This document shows positions 10,563 through 20,754 of a DNA stretch of 64,000 nucleotides, piece by piece. The stretch is from contig JAHLWZ010000870.1 in the NCBI GenBank assembly GCA_020536535.1, positions 1,156-65,155 of the forward strand, written 5' to 3'. Numbering within the stretch: position 1 is the first letter of the stretch; each line of letters starts with the position of its first letter. The position numbers and the translations under genes were made by a program. Under the pieces are notes generated by a model. It was not told the DNA's origin and did no database searches. It was given only the letters and a program-made list of their open reading frames with translations. Source of the DNA: Pelomyxa schiedti. Lineage: Eukaryota > Protista > Evosea.

Positions 10563-13180
10563 ATGGCATCCACAACTAGAACACCTGAGTTCGATTGCAT
10601 TGTGTTGGCTGGTCTTTGCAGGTTTGGAATCTTGCTTTGCTCACACACTCTGTTTTTTTGTGCCTGACTCCTACACCACAGTGACGCTAGTGACGTGGCC
10701 GGTGCTGAGTTCAGGAAGCATGGAATGCTCTATGTCGGTGTGTAGTGTTAGCCCAAACAATGTGATCGGTCCTCTAATGGTAACGATGTAGACTCATACC
10801 AAGCTTCGATCCCGTTTTTGCGTGAGTACTTCAGAATGCACAGAGACGCTGGAAAAGCAGCAGAGGCCGCTCATCACACTCAAGAAAAGATGATGACCCT
10901 CGCTGGTCCTTATTTACAACAGTTCTTGCAACGTGCTGGGTATGGCTGTCCTTTTGTTTTCTTTTGGTTCGTGATTGACGATATGCGCAGTTACAAGACT
11001 GCTCTGGTGCCACACATGGAGCCTGGTTACTTCCAAGAAATTAAGGACCTTCTGCTGCGTGGAACCAAGTACGTGATCATATCTACTTCGTTTGTGTATG
11101 CCACAGAGCTCCTGGGTATGCCGGCCACACTTTCTGGTGATTCATTGATTTAACTTTTCTTAGCAATGGTTGCTGGATTTGTGAAGCAAATTGCCCCTGA
11201 AGTGACCATCATTGCTGGTGGAATCTTTGTAAGTTCCCATCTGCAATTATACCGCACTTAATCTTTGTCAGATATACAAGTCCTACAGAGTGAAGTTGCT
11301 TGTCGATCAAGGTGAATACAACATGGATTACATCCAGACCTACGATAGTGAAACGCAGCAACTGTTCATGTACGATAAGCATCTCCCAGTGGACATCTAC
11401 GTAGTAAACATACGAGGAGAGAATACACTCCTGCAAGTTCTCGCCAAGCTCAACGCCAATCAGCCGTGGAATACTCTGGACAACCTTGCCTGGTACGAGA
11501 ACGGTTGGCACTTCTCCAATATCCAGGAGGAGCCCTATGCGCCTATGGTCATGGACTGGAGCAGAGTGGTTACCAATGACTGCAGGTGCTTCTTACCGGT
11601 TCAAGTCGCTCAGGTATCTCGGATTTCCTCATTAATTCCTGGCTCACAGCTGATTTCGCATTTTCCCAGGGGTGCCCATTCCAGTGCATGTTTTGCGATT
11701 TTGGAGATTTGCACTCTAAGAACTTCCGCCACAGCATCGAGAGCGTTCTAGCTGTTTGTGCTACAGTGCCTCTTGTTGATGGATACAGGCGAATTTTCTT
11801 CACTGATGACAAGTAACCACCCATCAATCTTACCAATCCCTCTCACCAATGACACTAGCCTGTTTATGACAAAGAAATCCGCCAAGGAGATTTGCCAGAT
11901 GTTCATCGAGGTACCTCCTTTCCCAATCCCACCTTCAAGAAATCTTATCAAACAACAAAAAACCACCAGTCCGGGTTGCACCTTCGCTGGCAGTCTTTCC
12001 TCCGCGCCAATTCCATCGACGATGAAGTGGCCGAGCTTATGGCCAAGTCAGGGTGCATCAAGGTGCTGATTGGTGTGGAGTCTGGGCACGACGACCAGCA
12101 GCGCCGAATTGGCAAGTACATTGGCAGGTCGCACCTTCTGTCGGCCCTGTCTGCCCTCAACAGGAATGGAATTAGCACATTCATGACATTCTTGTGCGGC
12201 TTCCCTGGTGTGCCAGTGGCTTGCTTCCAAATGTCAATTGAGGGGAACTAACACCACTCCCATTTTCTCTCAGGCGAATGCGCCGAGACCGTGCAGGCTA
12301 CTATTGATGTGCTCAATGACGTGCCTTGCGACGGACCTGCTGTGAATGAATACTGCGTCTTCAAGTTTGCAGCTCTGCCGTTGTCTCGCATTTCTCTGCC
12401 AAAGAACCGCGCAAGGTACAACCTCCAAGGAGGATTCCTCACATGGAAGCACGACACAATGAACTCGGACGAAGTTGGCGCATACTTGGTAACATATATC
12501 CGCTTCGATTCCTTGCGCTGTATTAACACCCTTCCAGAACCAGATTGCAACCTCAGTCAAGGTTCAAGTCACTCCCCACTATGGAGATGAGTCATACTTC
12601 TTGGAGGATCCGTTCCTCACAATGGAGCAGCACAAAGTGAGTGGATTTCTTTTCTTTCTTATCCTGCTCACCTTGTTGTGTAGCAAGTTGTGCAGCTGAG
12701 AAACAAGATAATGAGGGTTCGCGAAGGCCGCCTTACAGAAGATGAAGGAAGGCTGTGGGATGAGTTGGAAGCCGTGTTTGTGGCCTCTGGCGGTCGAACA
12801 TCACCTCCACCAATGCTTCCTCCCTCTGGATCCCCTGACCCTGTGGTGGAAGAAGCTCCCGTTTCCACAGATTCCGCTTCCGCAGCCCCCCCTGGTGGTA
12901 AGAGGTACATGAGGCTGAAGCCAAAGGAGCTGCAAATGCTGATGGCAGATCCTTCTGTTGCTCTGAAGATCAAGAAGGATCCCCTTGTTTGGAAGAAAAT
13001 CCGCAAACCCCGCACACTAGGAAAGCTTATGCAGGCTGCTCTTGGTACCAATCTCATTCTCATCCCTTTATCCACAACCCCAAACCTAACACAAAACTAG
13101 ACCCAAGCCGATACGAGAGGGACCCACAGTTGGCTGCTCTTGTGGAACGCCTCAAGGAACTCACAGGGATTGGTCTATAG
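10563..13180 (+). CDS. Cobalamin-binding (class B) radical SAM enzyme, bacterial type, about 12 introns
   Basis: B12-binding-like N-domain (TLAGPYLQQFLQRAGY..YVIISTSF..VKQIAPEVTIIAGG..RGENTL). CxxxCxxC in GCPFQCMFCDF at 11673-11696. Further motifs FTDD, SGCIKVLIGVESG, FLCGFPGE and WKHDTMNS. Confidence 0.88.
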
Positions 13181-13338
13181 TCCTCAAACAATTTTGTAAG
13201 AAAAAAAAGGGAATAAGAAAATTACTTTTTATTTATTATATTTTTCTTCACAAGTCTTTCTTTGGTTTTCCTTGTTGTGTGGTGCAATAATGGAGATGAA
13301 GTGAGAGGAAAAAGAACGCTGGCAACAGCAGATGGTGC

Positions 13339-14189
13339 TTAGGTACGGAAAAGAAATTCCTCAAACTCAGCCACAGAAGAAAATACTCCATCGCAGTTTG
13401 CTGCCATGTATTGTTTGATTGTTGGTATGGAGTGTGCCCACATGGCGCCGGCAGCCCAAGCACCTGCTGTTTTGGCCATGGTTATCCCTGGTGAGAGGTC
13501 ATCTAGAACACAGACATCCGCTGGGACAACATTGAGTTTGGCACACAAGTCGTGGATGGGCCAAGGATCTGGTTTATTCTTGCCGGAGGTAAGGTAGGCA
13601 TAGACTAAATCAGGTTTAAATCCCACAGAGTCATAGTGGCGGCGTATCTTTGGGAATTTTATGAAATTAGATGCAGTTGGTAACCAGTTAATTGGGAAAC
13701 CTGGTCCTCCTCGCTGTGAGAGGAAACAACAATGTAGCCTCCCTTCTCTCTAAATTTTCTAAGCATGTCCAGGAAACCGGGGAAGAATGATGGAGTTAGC
13801 CTTGTTGTGTAAGATCTCCATATCTCGTATTCCAGAACTTTTTCCTCTGTTGAAGGTTAGTAGAGGGAATGTGAGATTGACCCCAATATATATAATGTGC
13901 ACAATATATTCAAGCTGTTCAGTGCAAACCGTTTTGTTACGAACCAGGTGTCATGTTTAGGCTGTTCAGGAAAACACTGATGCCAGGACTGTGATTCTGC
14001 AGAAACCATTCTTCGAGCGTAGTGCAGTGGTCAGCAGGCCTCGCTTTGTTCTGTAGAAACTCAAAAACGAGAAAAAAAGGGGGGAGGAAAAAAAACCATG
14101 AACTCCACGTGAGCTGGCCAATGAATGTGAGTAGTACTGTCGACTGCCGTATCGTCGTGGTCCACAACAAGGACTTTAAACCGCAGCAT
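13339..14189 (-). CDS. HAD-superfamily phosphatase (DHDDT motif I variant)
   Basis: N-terminus MLRFKVLVVDHDDTAVDSTTHIHWPAH; motif III KPDPWPI; motif IV VLDDLSPGITMAKTAG; about 4 introns. Confidence 0.85.
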
Positions 14190-14426
14190 CTCCGGTGCAC
14201 TGACACCAACAAAGAAAACCAGATCGGCAAAATAAACAGGAATCTACAAAACCGGAGATCTGATGGAACACACAACAACCGACCCCTTCAAGTTGTGACA
14301 AGTACTTACTAGTTCACTGCATTTTTTCTTGCTTTGTTCTTTAAGTGTAATACCACTTGGCATAATTGACAACCGAAGAGGAGATCTTTTGGCGATCGCC
14401 ATTTCATTACTAATAACATAAAGGGG

Positions 14427-16256
14427 ATGCGCATCCTTGTGGCGACAACTCCACCGGCCCAGCCTGCTTCATCTGCGTCCAGCACAACTACTTCGGGCTT
14501 AATCTCTGATGTGAACAGCCAACGACAGCAGCAGATGCCCCCTGTTGGGAATGGCGCTCCTTCGACTGTAACAGCTGTCGAGATTCCAACTACTACTACT
14601 TCTACATCAACCACCACTTCTACATCCTCGAGCGTCGTTGGTTCACAACAAGCAGCCGACGGCGGGACGAACAATTATGATGCTCACACTGTGCGCCTTG
14701 TAAACCCATTCATTGTGAATACTCACAGGCAGCAACAAACCAACTCTGCTCCACTTCCGAGAACTACTATGAACAACTCCATTGCAAACAATGTAAACAA
14801 TGTCTTCATTAACACACCTTCAATCAGTCCTCCACATGTTGTTAACACTAGTGCATCCTCGGCGGCACGTGGATCTGTTCCTCCAGCTCCAAATGTTTTG
14901 CCAAGGATATCTCCACTTCCCGGAAACGTTGCTCCTCCACCGATACCCTCGCAGCACATAGCACCACAAGAACTCCCTTGCATATCGCCTCAATCTACTG
15001 AGCGGTCTGCAGCTCTTCATCACCCCTATAAACGAACGGTACCCTACCCCTAAAAACTATTTGAGTGACTCTGTAAACCTCTATAATGAACTAAATCAAG
15101 ATACAACATCGCCAACCACACAATTGGTCACAGGAGGAAGAGGAGGGCCACAATAGTGATGATGAAGTGCAAGGTGCTGGGCGTGTAGCTTCCACGCAGC
15201 TTCAGGTGCGTATCTTTACTCAATTGTACTGTAACGTGCTCACTTCTACAGATGGATGAAGAAGGATACGAGGCAATTATGAAAAAACATGGTTTCATTG
15301 TTAGAAAAATGATAGGCGATGGCAATTGCCTTTTCAGAGCTATAGGTTTGGAACGAGATCTATATAACGAAGAGGACTCATTTTCCTGTAGCTGATCAAG
15401 TTTACGGTGACCAAGATTTTCATGAATTTGTGAGGGAGCAATGCATGAATTACCTCGTAATTCTCTTGTAATGCTCTTCATTGCTTATAGAGCCATTTTT
15501 TCCCTCCAAAGGAAGCTGAACGTGATCACTATTCACAGTATATCACTGAAGATTTTTCGGAATATATCCGCAGGAAGAGAAAATTACATGAGTTTGGAAA
15601 TCACATAGAGCTTCAAGCATTTGCTGAGATGTATAATAGACCCATTGAGCTTTTCTGTTACAGCACTGGTAAGGAAAGCCATTGTAAGGTTATGTGACTT
15701 TTTTTTTAGAGCCGATCAACATTTTTCATGGAACTTACACCACTGAGAACCCTCCTATGCACCTCAGCTACCACTATGGCTGCCACTTCAATTCCGTGTT
15801 TGATCAAGCAAATCCTGCTGTTGGTGTCGGACTCGGCCTTCCGGGTTACAACCCCGCTGTATGCTAATACGATCTCCACAGCACCTCTAACTTCCTCTAT
15901 AGGAAGATGACAAAAAGTTGATGGCTTCCGTGGCAACAGCCAGTGAGCAAGACCACCTCGAGTCACTTCTTGTGCAGAACACGCTAAAGGCATCAGAGCT
16001 GGACTCTGTGGACGACGATATCGAGACAATGGCCAAGACACTATCCCGGGAGCAGTTCATTGCTGACCTATGCAGCCACATCACTGTCCCCTCACACCTC
16101 CAAACTTCTTCTTCTTCTGCAGCACCCACAACACCATGCACAAACACCAACACAACTTCCACAACAGACCCCAACCCTACTACTCAGTTTGATGCGGACG
16201 CAATTGCGAGACTTGTTGCTGCATTCACGTCGGCTCAAGGCTCGAACCGCTCCTGA
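14427..16256 (+). CDS. OTU-domain deubiquitinase (OTUD5-like)
   Basis: [21 protein letters not shown] (catalytic Cys), [31 protein letters not shown] (His), [10 protein letters not shown]-terminus is low-complexity. Confidence 0.9.
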
Positions 16257-16362
16257 GTCACAATTCCCGCCCCACAAATCGCGTTTGTGCAAGTAAATCT
16301 GGAGATCTGTCCGTGGAGTTCTTTCGTTTTTCGAAAGAGTGATCAAAAAAAATTAAAGAAAA

Positions 16363-17487
16363 ATGGGGCACAAAACCGCGTTTGTGTCCGTTGTGTGCTC
16401 GGTGCTGGTTTTCTGTTTTGTTTCCTCAGTGAGTGGAGGTGCGCCGGCCCACAATCCTTTTTGGGGCCTTACTGAAACGTTGTTTATGATGTTATTGCAG
16501 AGTGCCCTGATTCCTGCCCCTCATGGTATGTTGGTGACGACTATTGTGATATAGTCTGCTGGAACGAGGAATGCGATTGGGACGGTGGAGACTGCAGTAT
16601 GTTTTTCTTTCCTTGTTTGTTGCTATGGTTTGAATAACTAACACCTACACCTTCAAGCACACGATGACATGTGCGATTTTCGATGTTTGGAGGCTATGGT
16701 GGGCAACGGCGTGTGCGACTATTTTTGCATGATTTCGTCCCTGTGCAACTGGGATAACAGTGACTGTGGTCAGAACTTGAAAGTTTATCTAGAAGACACC
16801 TAACTGTATGCCAGTGTGTGATATCAGCGAATGTCCCACGAGCTGGCCCGGCGATGGCTTTTGCGATCACAACTGCGATGTGCCCGAATGCCAATACGAC
16901 GACAACGACTGTATTTCTTTATTTTTACTAGCTGCCGCGCTTACCTGAAGAAAAACAGGTTGTTACGCCTGCCCTACAGATTGGATAGGCGACGGGCTCT
17001 GTGATGAAAGCTGTTTTGTTCCCGAGTGCTCCTACGATTCTTTCGACTGCCGTATGTACCAAAACAAATACACTTACCTCTGTGTACTTTTTTTTTTTTT
17101 TAACTCTCTCACATTGCCACAACCAGAATGTGACTCTTCGTCCTGTCCAATACATTGGCTTGATGATGGGATGTGTGACAGTGCATGCAATAATGTTGGG
17201 TGCATGTGGGATATGGGAGATTGTGGATACCATGGTTCTGGTACTGTATAATCTATCATTCCTCCCTCCCTGCATTGGGATATTCTAAACGCTTTACAGA
17301 CAACACGGCAGCACTGGGAATAGGACTAGGTGTTACCTGTGCACTCTTGGCCGTATTTGCCATTTGTTTGGCACTCTTTATCATGACAAAGTAATGTTCC
17401 TTCACGACCTGTAATACTTTTAAATTCTGCTTCAGGTACAGGCGGCCAACTGCTGAAATGCTACCAGCATCTGAAACGATAAATTAA
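16363..17487 (+). CDS. Type I membrane protein with five LNR (Lin-12/Notch) repeats
   Basis: Signal peptide, five C..GD/NGxCD..C...C.(W/Y)D..DC repeats, TM helix ALGIGLGVTCALLAVFAICLALFIM and short tail KYRRPTAEMLPASETIN. Confidence 0.85.
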
Positions 17488-17520
17488 GTTAATGTGAATT
17501 GTTTTTTTCTTTTTTCTTGT

Positions 17521-20500
17521 TTACAGTGTTTGTAACATAATCCAAGAGACGGTTGGTTTATCCAAGTCTCTTCCATACCACTGATACTGATAAATTGGTT
17601 CCCTATGTGACCTTGGCTTCTGTGCCGTTTTAGGGTCCTTTGCCACAACCCTAACAAGCAGCCTCCTTCTCAAAACAGGTTGTTCTTGCTGCACCTGATA
17701 AGCAATATTCAGCTTTGGAAGACTGAGGTCAGGCCTCCACTGAACAAGCATGTCACAAGGGAAAAGTGATGCCATTGTGCGCTCTAGCTGAAAAGGAGGC
17801 TCTGTGACCCTAATGGCACTTTTGGGAAAATCCGGGTTGATGTTGAAGCTGACTGAGGAAACTATCTGGCCGGAATAAGGACCCCGTCCCACAACGCTGA
17901 GGAACGCGGTGATTGCATACCGGCCTACGTCGTCGGCCCGCTTTGCGGTGTTACCGAATTCCAGAATCAGGTGGAATTCGCCGGGAAGAAGCGGCCGTGG
18001 AAGGGGTACTTTTGTAATTGTGGTCGTGCTAGTGCTTGGTGTAGAATTCGTAGTTGAAGATGATGTTGTGGTTGTGGGATTGTTTGATGTTGAAGGTGAG
18101 GGAGCTTCCAGAGACTGAATGTGAGGTTGGGGACAGAGGGCAACGGGACAGTCCTTTGGATTTATTCCGAGGGACCACAGGCCGCACTTTGCACATAGTA
18201 AGTGCCGGCAGGGGCTAAGTCTGAGCCAAGGGGAAAATTCCACTGGGCTGATGGCTGTGGTTGTGGGGGATTGTGTGTTTTTCTTGGGTGGAATTCTTTG
18301 TTCTGTGGGAATTCCAGTCCGCTTTGGTGGATTCGTTACGGGTTTGGAAGTTGAAGTGGTGGTAGTGCCAGATTTTAAAGGTGGAGCTGTAGGCTTGTAA
18401 GTTGGTATTGGGTTCCTGGACGATTCAGTGTTGGTTGTTTGGGAAATGTATCCTGGTAATCGGGCAGCGATTTCCTTTCCACAAGCGTGGCAATGAGTTT
18501 CTGCAGCTTCAGCAACGAGTCTATTTTCTCTCACTTCTTCACTCTCTACGTCTTCCTTTGTTTCCTCCTCAGCAAACAGGTCAACTTCCCTGCATTTCCG
18601 CAATTCCTCAGCTGCAGCTCTTTCACATTCAACTTGAAATTGGAATGCACTACAATCCGGAGCATTAAGCCCGGATTTTCCTTCTTGAATCGGAGCCCAT
18701 TGGTCATTATACGGCCACTCTCGGTCGAACGGTGTCATCCACGCCAGTATACCACCACAATCTTGCACAGTAGCAGGTAAAGTGGCTTGTTCAGAGAAAG
18801 AACAACTATCGTGTTCCTGAAACATTTGGAGTAGAATTTTCCATAAATTCTGTCCGTTCCAGTACGGCTCTCGGGATCTTGTATATTCGTAGTAATGGCA
18901 GCAAGGTAAAATCCTTTTTACAACTCTCCCCACGGACACAGGATGGCCGAGATCATCTGTATCATAAACGAGTAAGGTCGGTTGTTGTATTACCGAGAAT
19001 CTCTTTGGATCATGTGTGACAGGGTCCATACCAGCAAGATACTTGGTTATGGCAGGGAACTCTACTACAGCGTTGAAAGAAGAAGCCGTTCCCTGTGATG
19101 AACCCATCAGCAGGTGCGCTTTTTTGTGTCCTGTGGCCGCAAGACATTCGGTAAGAAATAATCCAGGATAAGATCGTATCGTTTGTCTATTTCCTGGTGA
19201 CCTCCCATAACCGGGGCAGTCTATCTGTACAATGCAAAAAGGTAAAGTTTTTCTGTATGCCTCCAGGAGCTGAAGTGAAAGTTGGTTCCACCAAATTGAC
19301 GAATTTTCAGGCCCGGATCCATGAATGAAAAGAAGTACCGGATTTGCAAGGTCCCCTGCCACTCGGGCAAAAACTTTCCCGTAAGACGATGTGGAAATCC
19401 AGCATGTTCTTCTCCTCCAAGCTACCTCTGGGTCAGGATAGTCTCCAGAGACTTGACCAACATCAAGCTCCTCCACTCGCTCAATGGAAGTGAGTGAGGT
19501 TACGTTTTTTATTGCTTTTGCAGCTGAAGCTCTTAGCAATGTACTATACGTCTCAGCGGTATTCTCTATGGCCGGACTAACATGCGCAAAGAAAATTGTG
19601 TGGGAGGAACCCCCCAGTGAATCTTGCAGGAGCCTAGTAAGCACAGAGTCCCGGTATGGAATGAAAGATTCACCCTTGACAATTGAGTCAATGACTCTGT
19701 GCAGAACAAGAAGATCGGAGTTTATCTGCACCGCTTGCGTGAAAGTAACGCCGGTGGCATGCGACCTATTTACATCCTCACTTCCTGCCAAATCCACCAG
19801 ATTGATCTTGCTGATGAAGCACTTAACCCTCCCTTTTACTCGGCGTGGGTCATTGCTTCCGTCCGTAGCAGCGACGGGAATTGGTACTCGCTTCTCCACA
19901 TGAAGAGTGAAAATGGCGTGAGAGCGTGAGCTGTATTCGTTCAAATCAGTTGATGCCGTGGCTCTCTGTTTCACTCCTTTGGAAATAGCATCCAGAACTT
20001 GCTCAGATGTCTCCACAACAATCTCAGTTGCTCCAACAATCTTTACTGCATTCCCAGAAGTCGCACTAGCACCAGATTCGTGATCCGCGCAAATCTTGAG
20101 CTTGGAACGGGATTCCTTTCGCGACAAGAGATCAAACACTTGTCCGTTGTAAATCTCCACAAAGCTGGCTCTGACCTGAAACTGCACATTGACATTAGCG
20201 GCAGCACTAGCAGATTTTGACCCGGTCCCAGTCTCAGGTACATGCGAACTAGATTGGGCTAGTGTAGATTCGTGAATGAGAGAAAAAAGTAGCCTGGCGG
20301 AGCGCGGAATCACTCCCATCATTGCGGGATGCAGGCTCAGGGTGCCACCGGGGCCCAGCATCGTGTGAGTTTTCCCGCTGGCGGTTTGCCCATAAGCGAA
20401 TAACGTCGCGTTGTAGCCTTCGACTGCACGGCGGACGAGGTGAGCCACGTGAGAAAACACAACAGACTGAGTGGCCTCGGGCCCAAAGGCTCGATCGAAA

Positions 20501-20688
20501 GTCCATTCAAACGACGATGAAGACGTTGAGGAGGAGTGAGTTGTGAGGGAGGGCCTGAGGCCCGGGGCGCTGAGAGTCACAGTGTTGGACGACGGCTCTA
20601 CTACAATTGTGGGAGGGCCCACACTGCCCTCCGCGAGTGGTCTCACCCTCACAAAACACTCTACACTGCAAACGTTCCCTTGCTTCAT
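17521..20688 (-). CDS. Kinesin motor fused to alpha/beta-hydrolase, RING-like and YEATS-like domains; intronless
   Basis: Single ~1055-aa ORF. Kinesin: GQTASGKT, NEYSSRSH, DLAGSE, IPYRDSVLTRLLQDSLGG. Hydrolase: LFIHGS, IDCPGYGRS, GSSQG. RING-like: CHAC...CRHLLCAKC..CPVALC. YEATS-like: VSSVSFNINPDFPKSAIRVTEPPFQL. First ATG is at 20688. Confidence 0.9.
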   Translation of the reverse strand: MKQGNVCSVECFVRVRPLAEGSVGPPTIVVEPSSNTVTLSAPGLRPSLTTHSSSTSSSSFEWTFDRAFGPEATQSVVFSHVAHLVRRAVEGYNATLFAYGQTASGKTHTMLGPGGTLSLHPAMMGVIPRSARLLFSLIHESTLAQSSSHVPETGTGSKSASAAANVNVQFQVRASFVEIYNGQVFDLLSRKESRSKLKICADHESGASATSGNAVKIVGATEIVVETSEQVLDAISKGVKQRATASTDLNEYSSRSHAIFTLHVEKRVPIPVAATDGSNDPRRVKGRVKCFISKINLVDLAGSEDVNRSHATGVTFTQAVQINSDLLVLHRVIDSIVKGESFIPYRDSVLTRLLQDSLGGSSHTIFFAHVSPAIENTAETYSTLLRASAAKAIKNVTSLTSIERVEELDVGQVSGDYPDPEVAWRRRTCWISTSSYGKVFARVAGDLANPVLLFIHGSGPENSSIWWNQLSLQLLEAYRKTLPFCIVQIDCPGYGRSPGNRQTIRSYPGLFLTECLAATGHKKAHLLMGSSQGTASSFNAVVEFPAITKYLAGMDPVTHDPKRFSVIQQPTLLVYDTDDLGHPVSVGRVVKRILPCCHYYEYTRSREPYWNGQNLWKILLQMFQEHDSCSFSEQATLPATVQDCGGILAWMTPFDREWPYNDQWAPIQEGKSGLNAPDCSAFQFQVECERAAAEELRKCREVDLFAEEETKEDVESEEVRENRLVAEAAETHCHACGKEIAARLPGYISQTTNTESSRNPIPTYKPTAPPLKSGTTTTSTSKPVTNPPKRTGIPTEQRIPPKKNTQSPTTTAISPVEFSPWLRLSPCRHLLCAKCGLWSLGINPKDCPVALCPQPHIQSLEAPSPSTSNNPTTTTSSSTTNSTPSTSTTTITKVPLPRPLLPGEFHLILEFGNTAKRADDVGRYAITAFLSVVGRGPYSGQIVSSVSFNINPDFPKSAIRVTEPPFQLERTMASLFPCDMLVQWRPDLSLPKLNIAYQVQQEQPVLRRRLLVRVVAKDPKTAQKPRSHREPIYQYQWYGRDLDKPTVSWIMLQTL

Positions 20689-20754
20689 TTGCACCGTTTT
20701 TTCGTTCTTGCATCTGTTCGCCGAAATGATTAGAAACCGTTTTTTTTTGTGGCA

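Noticed and set aside
10563-14189. Bacterial contamination or endosymbiont insert
   Set aside because: Both bacterial-type genes contain multiple spliceosomal introns and are contiguous with eukaryotic genes.
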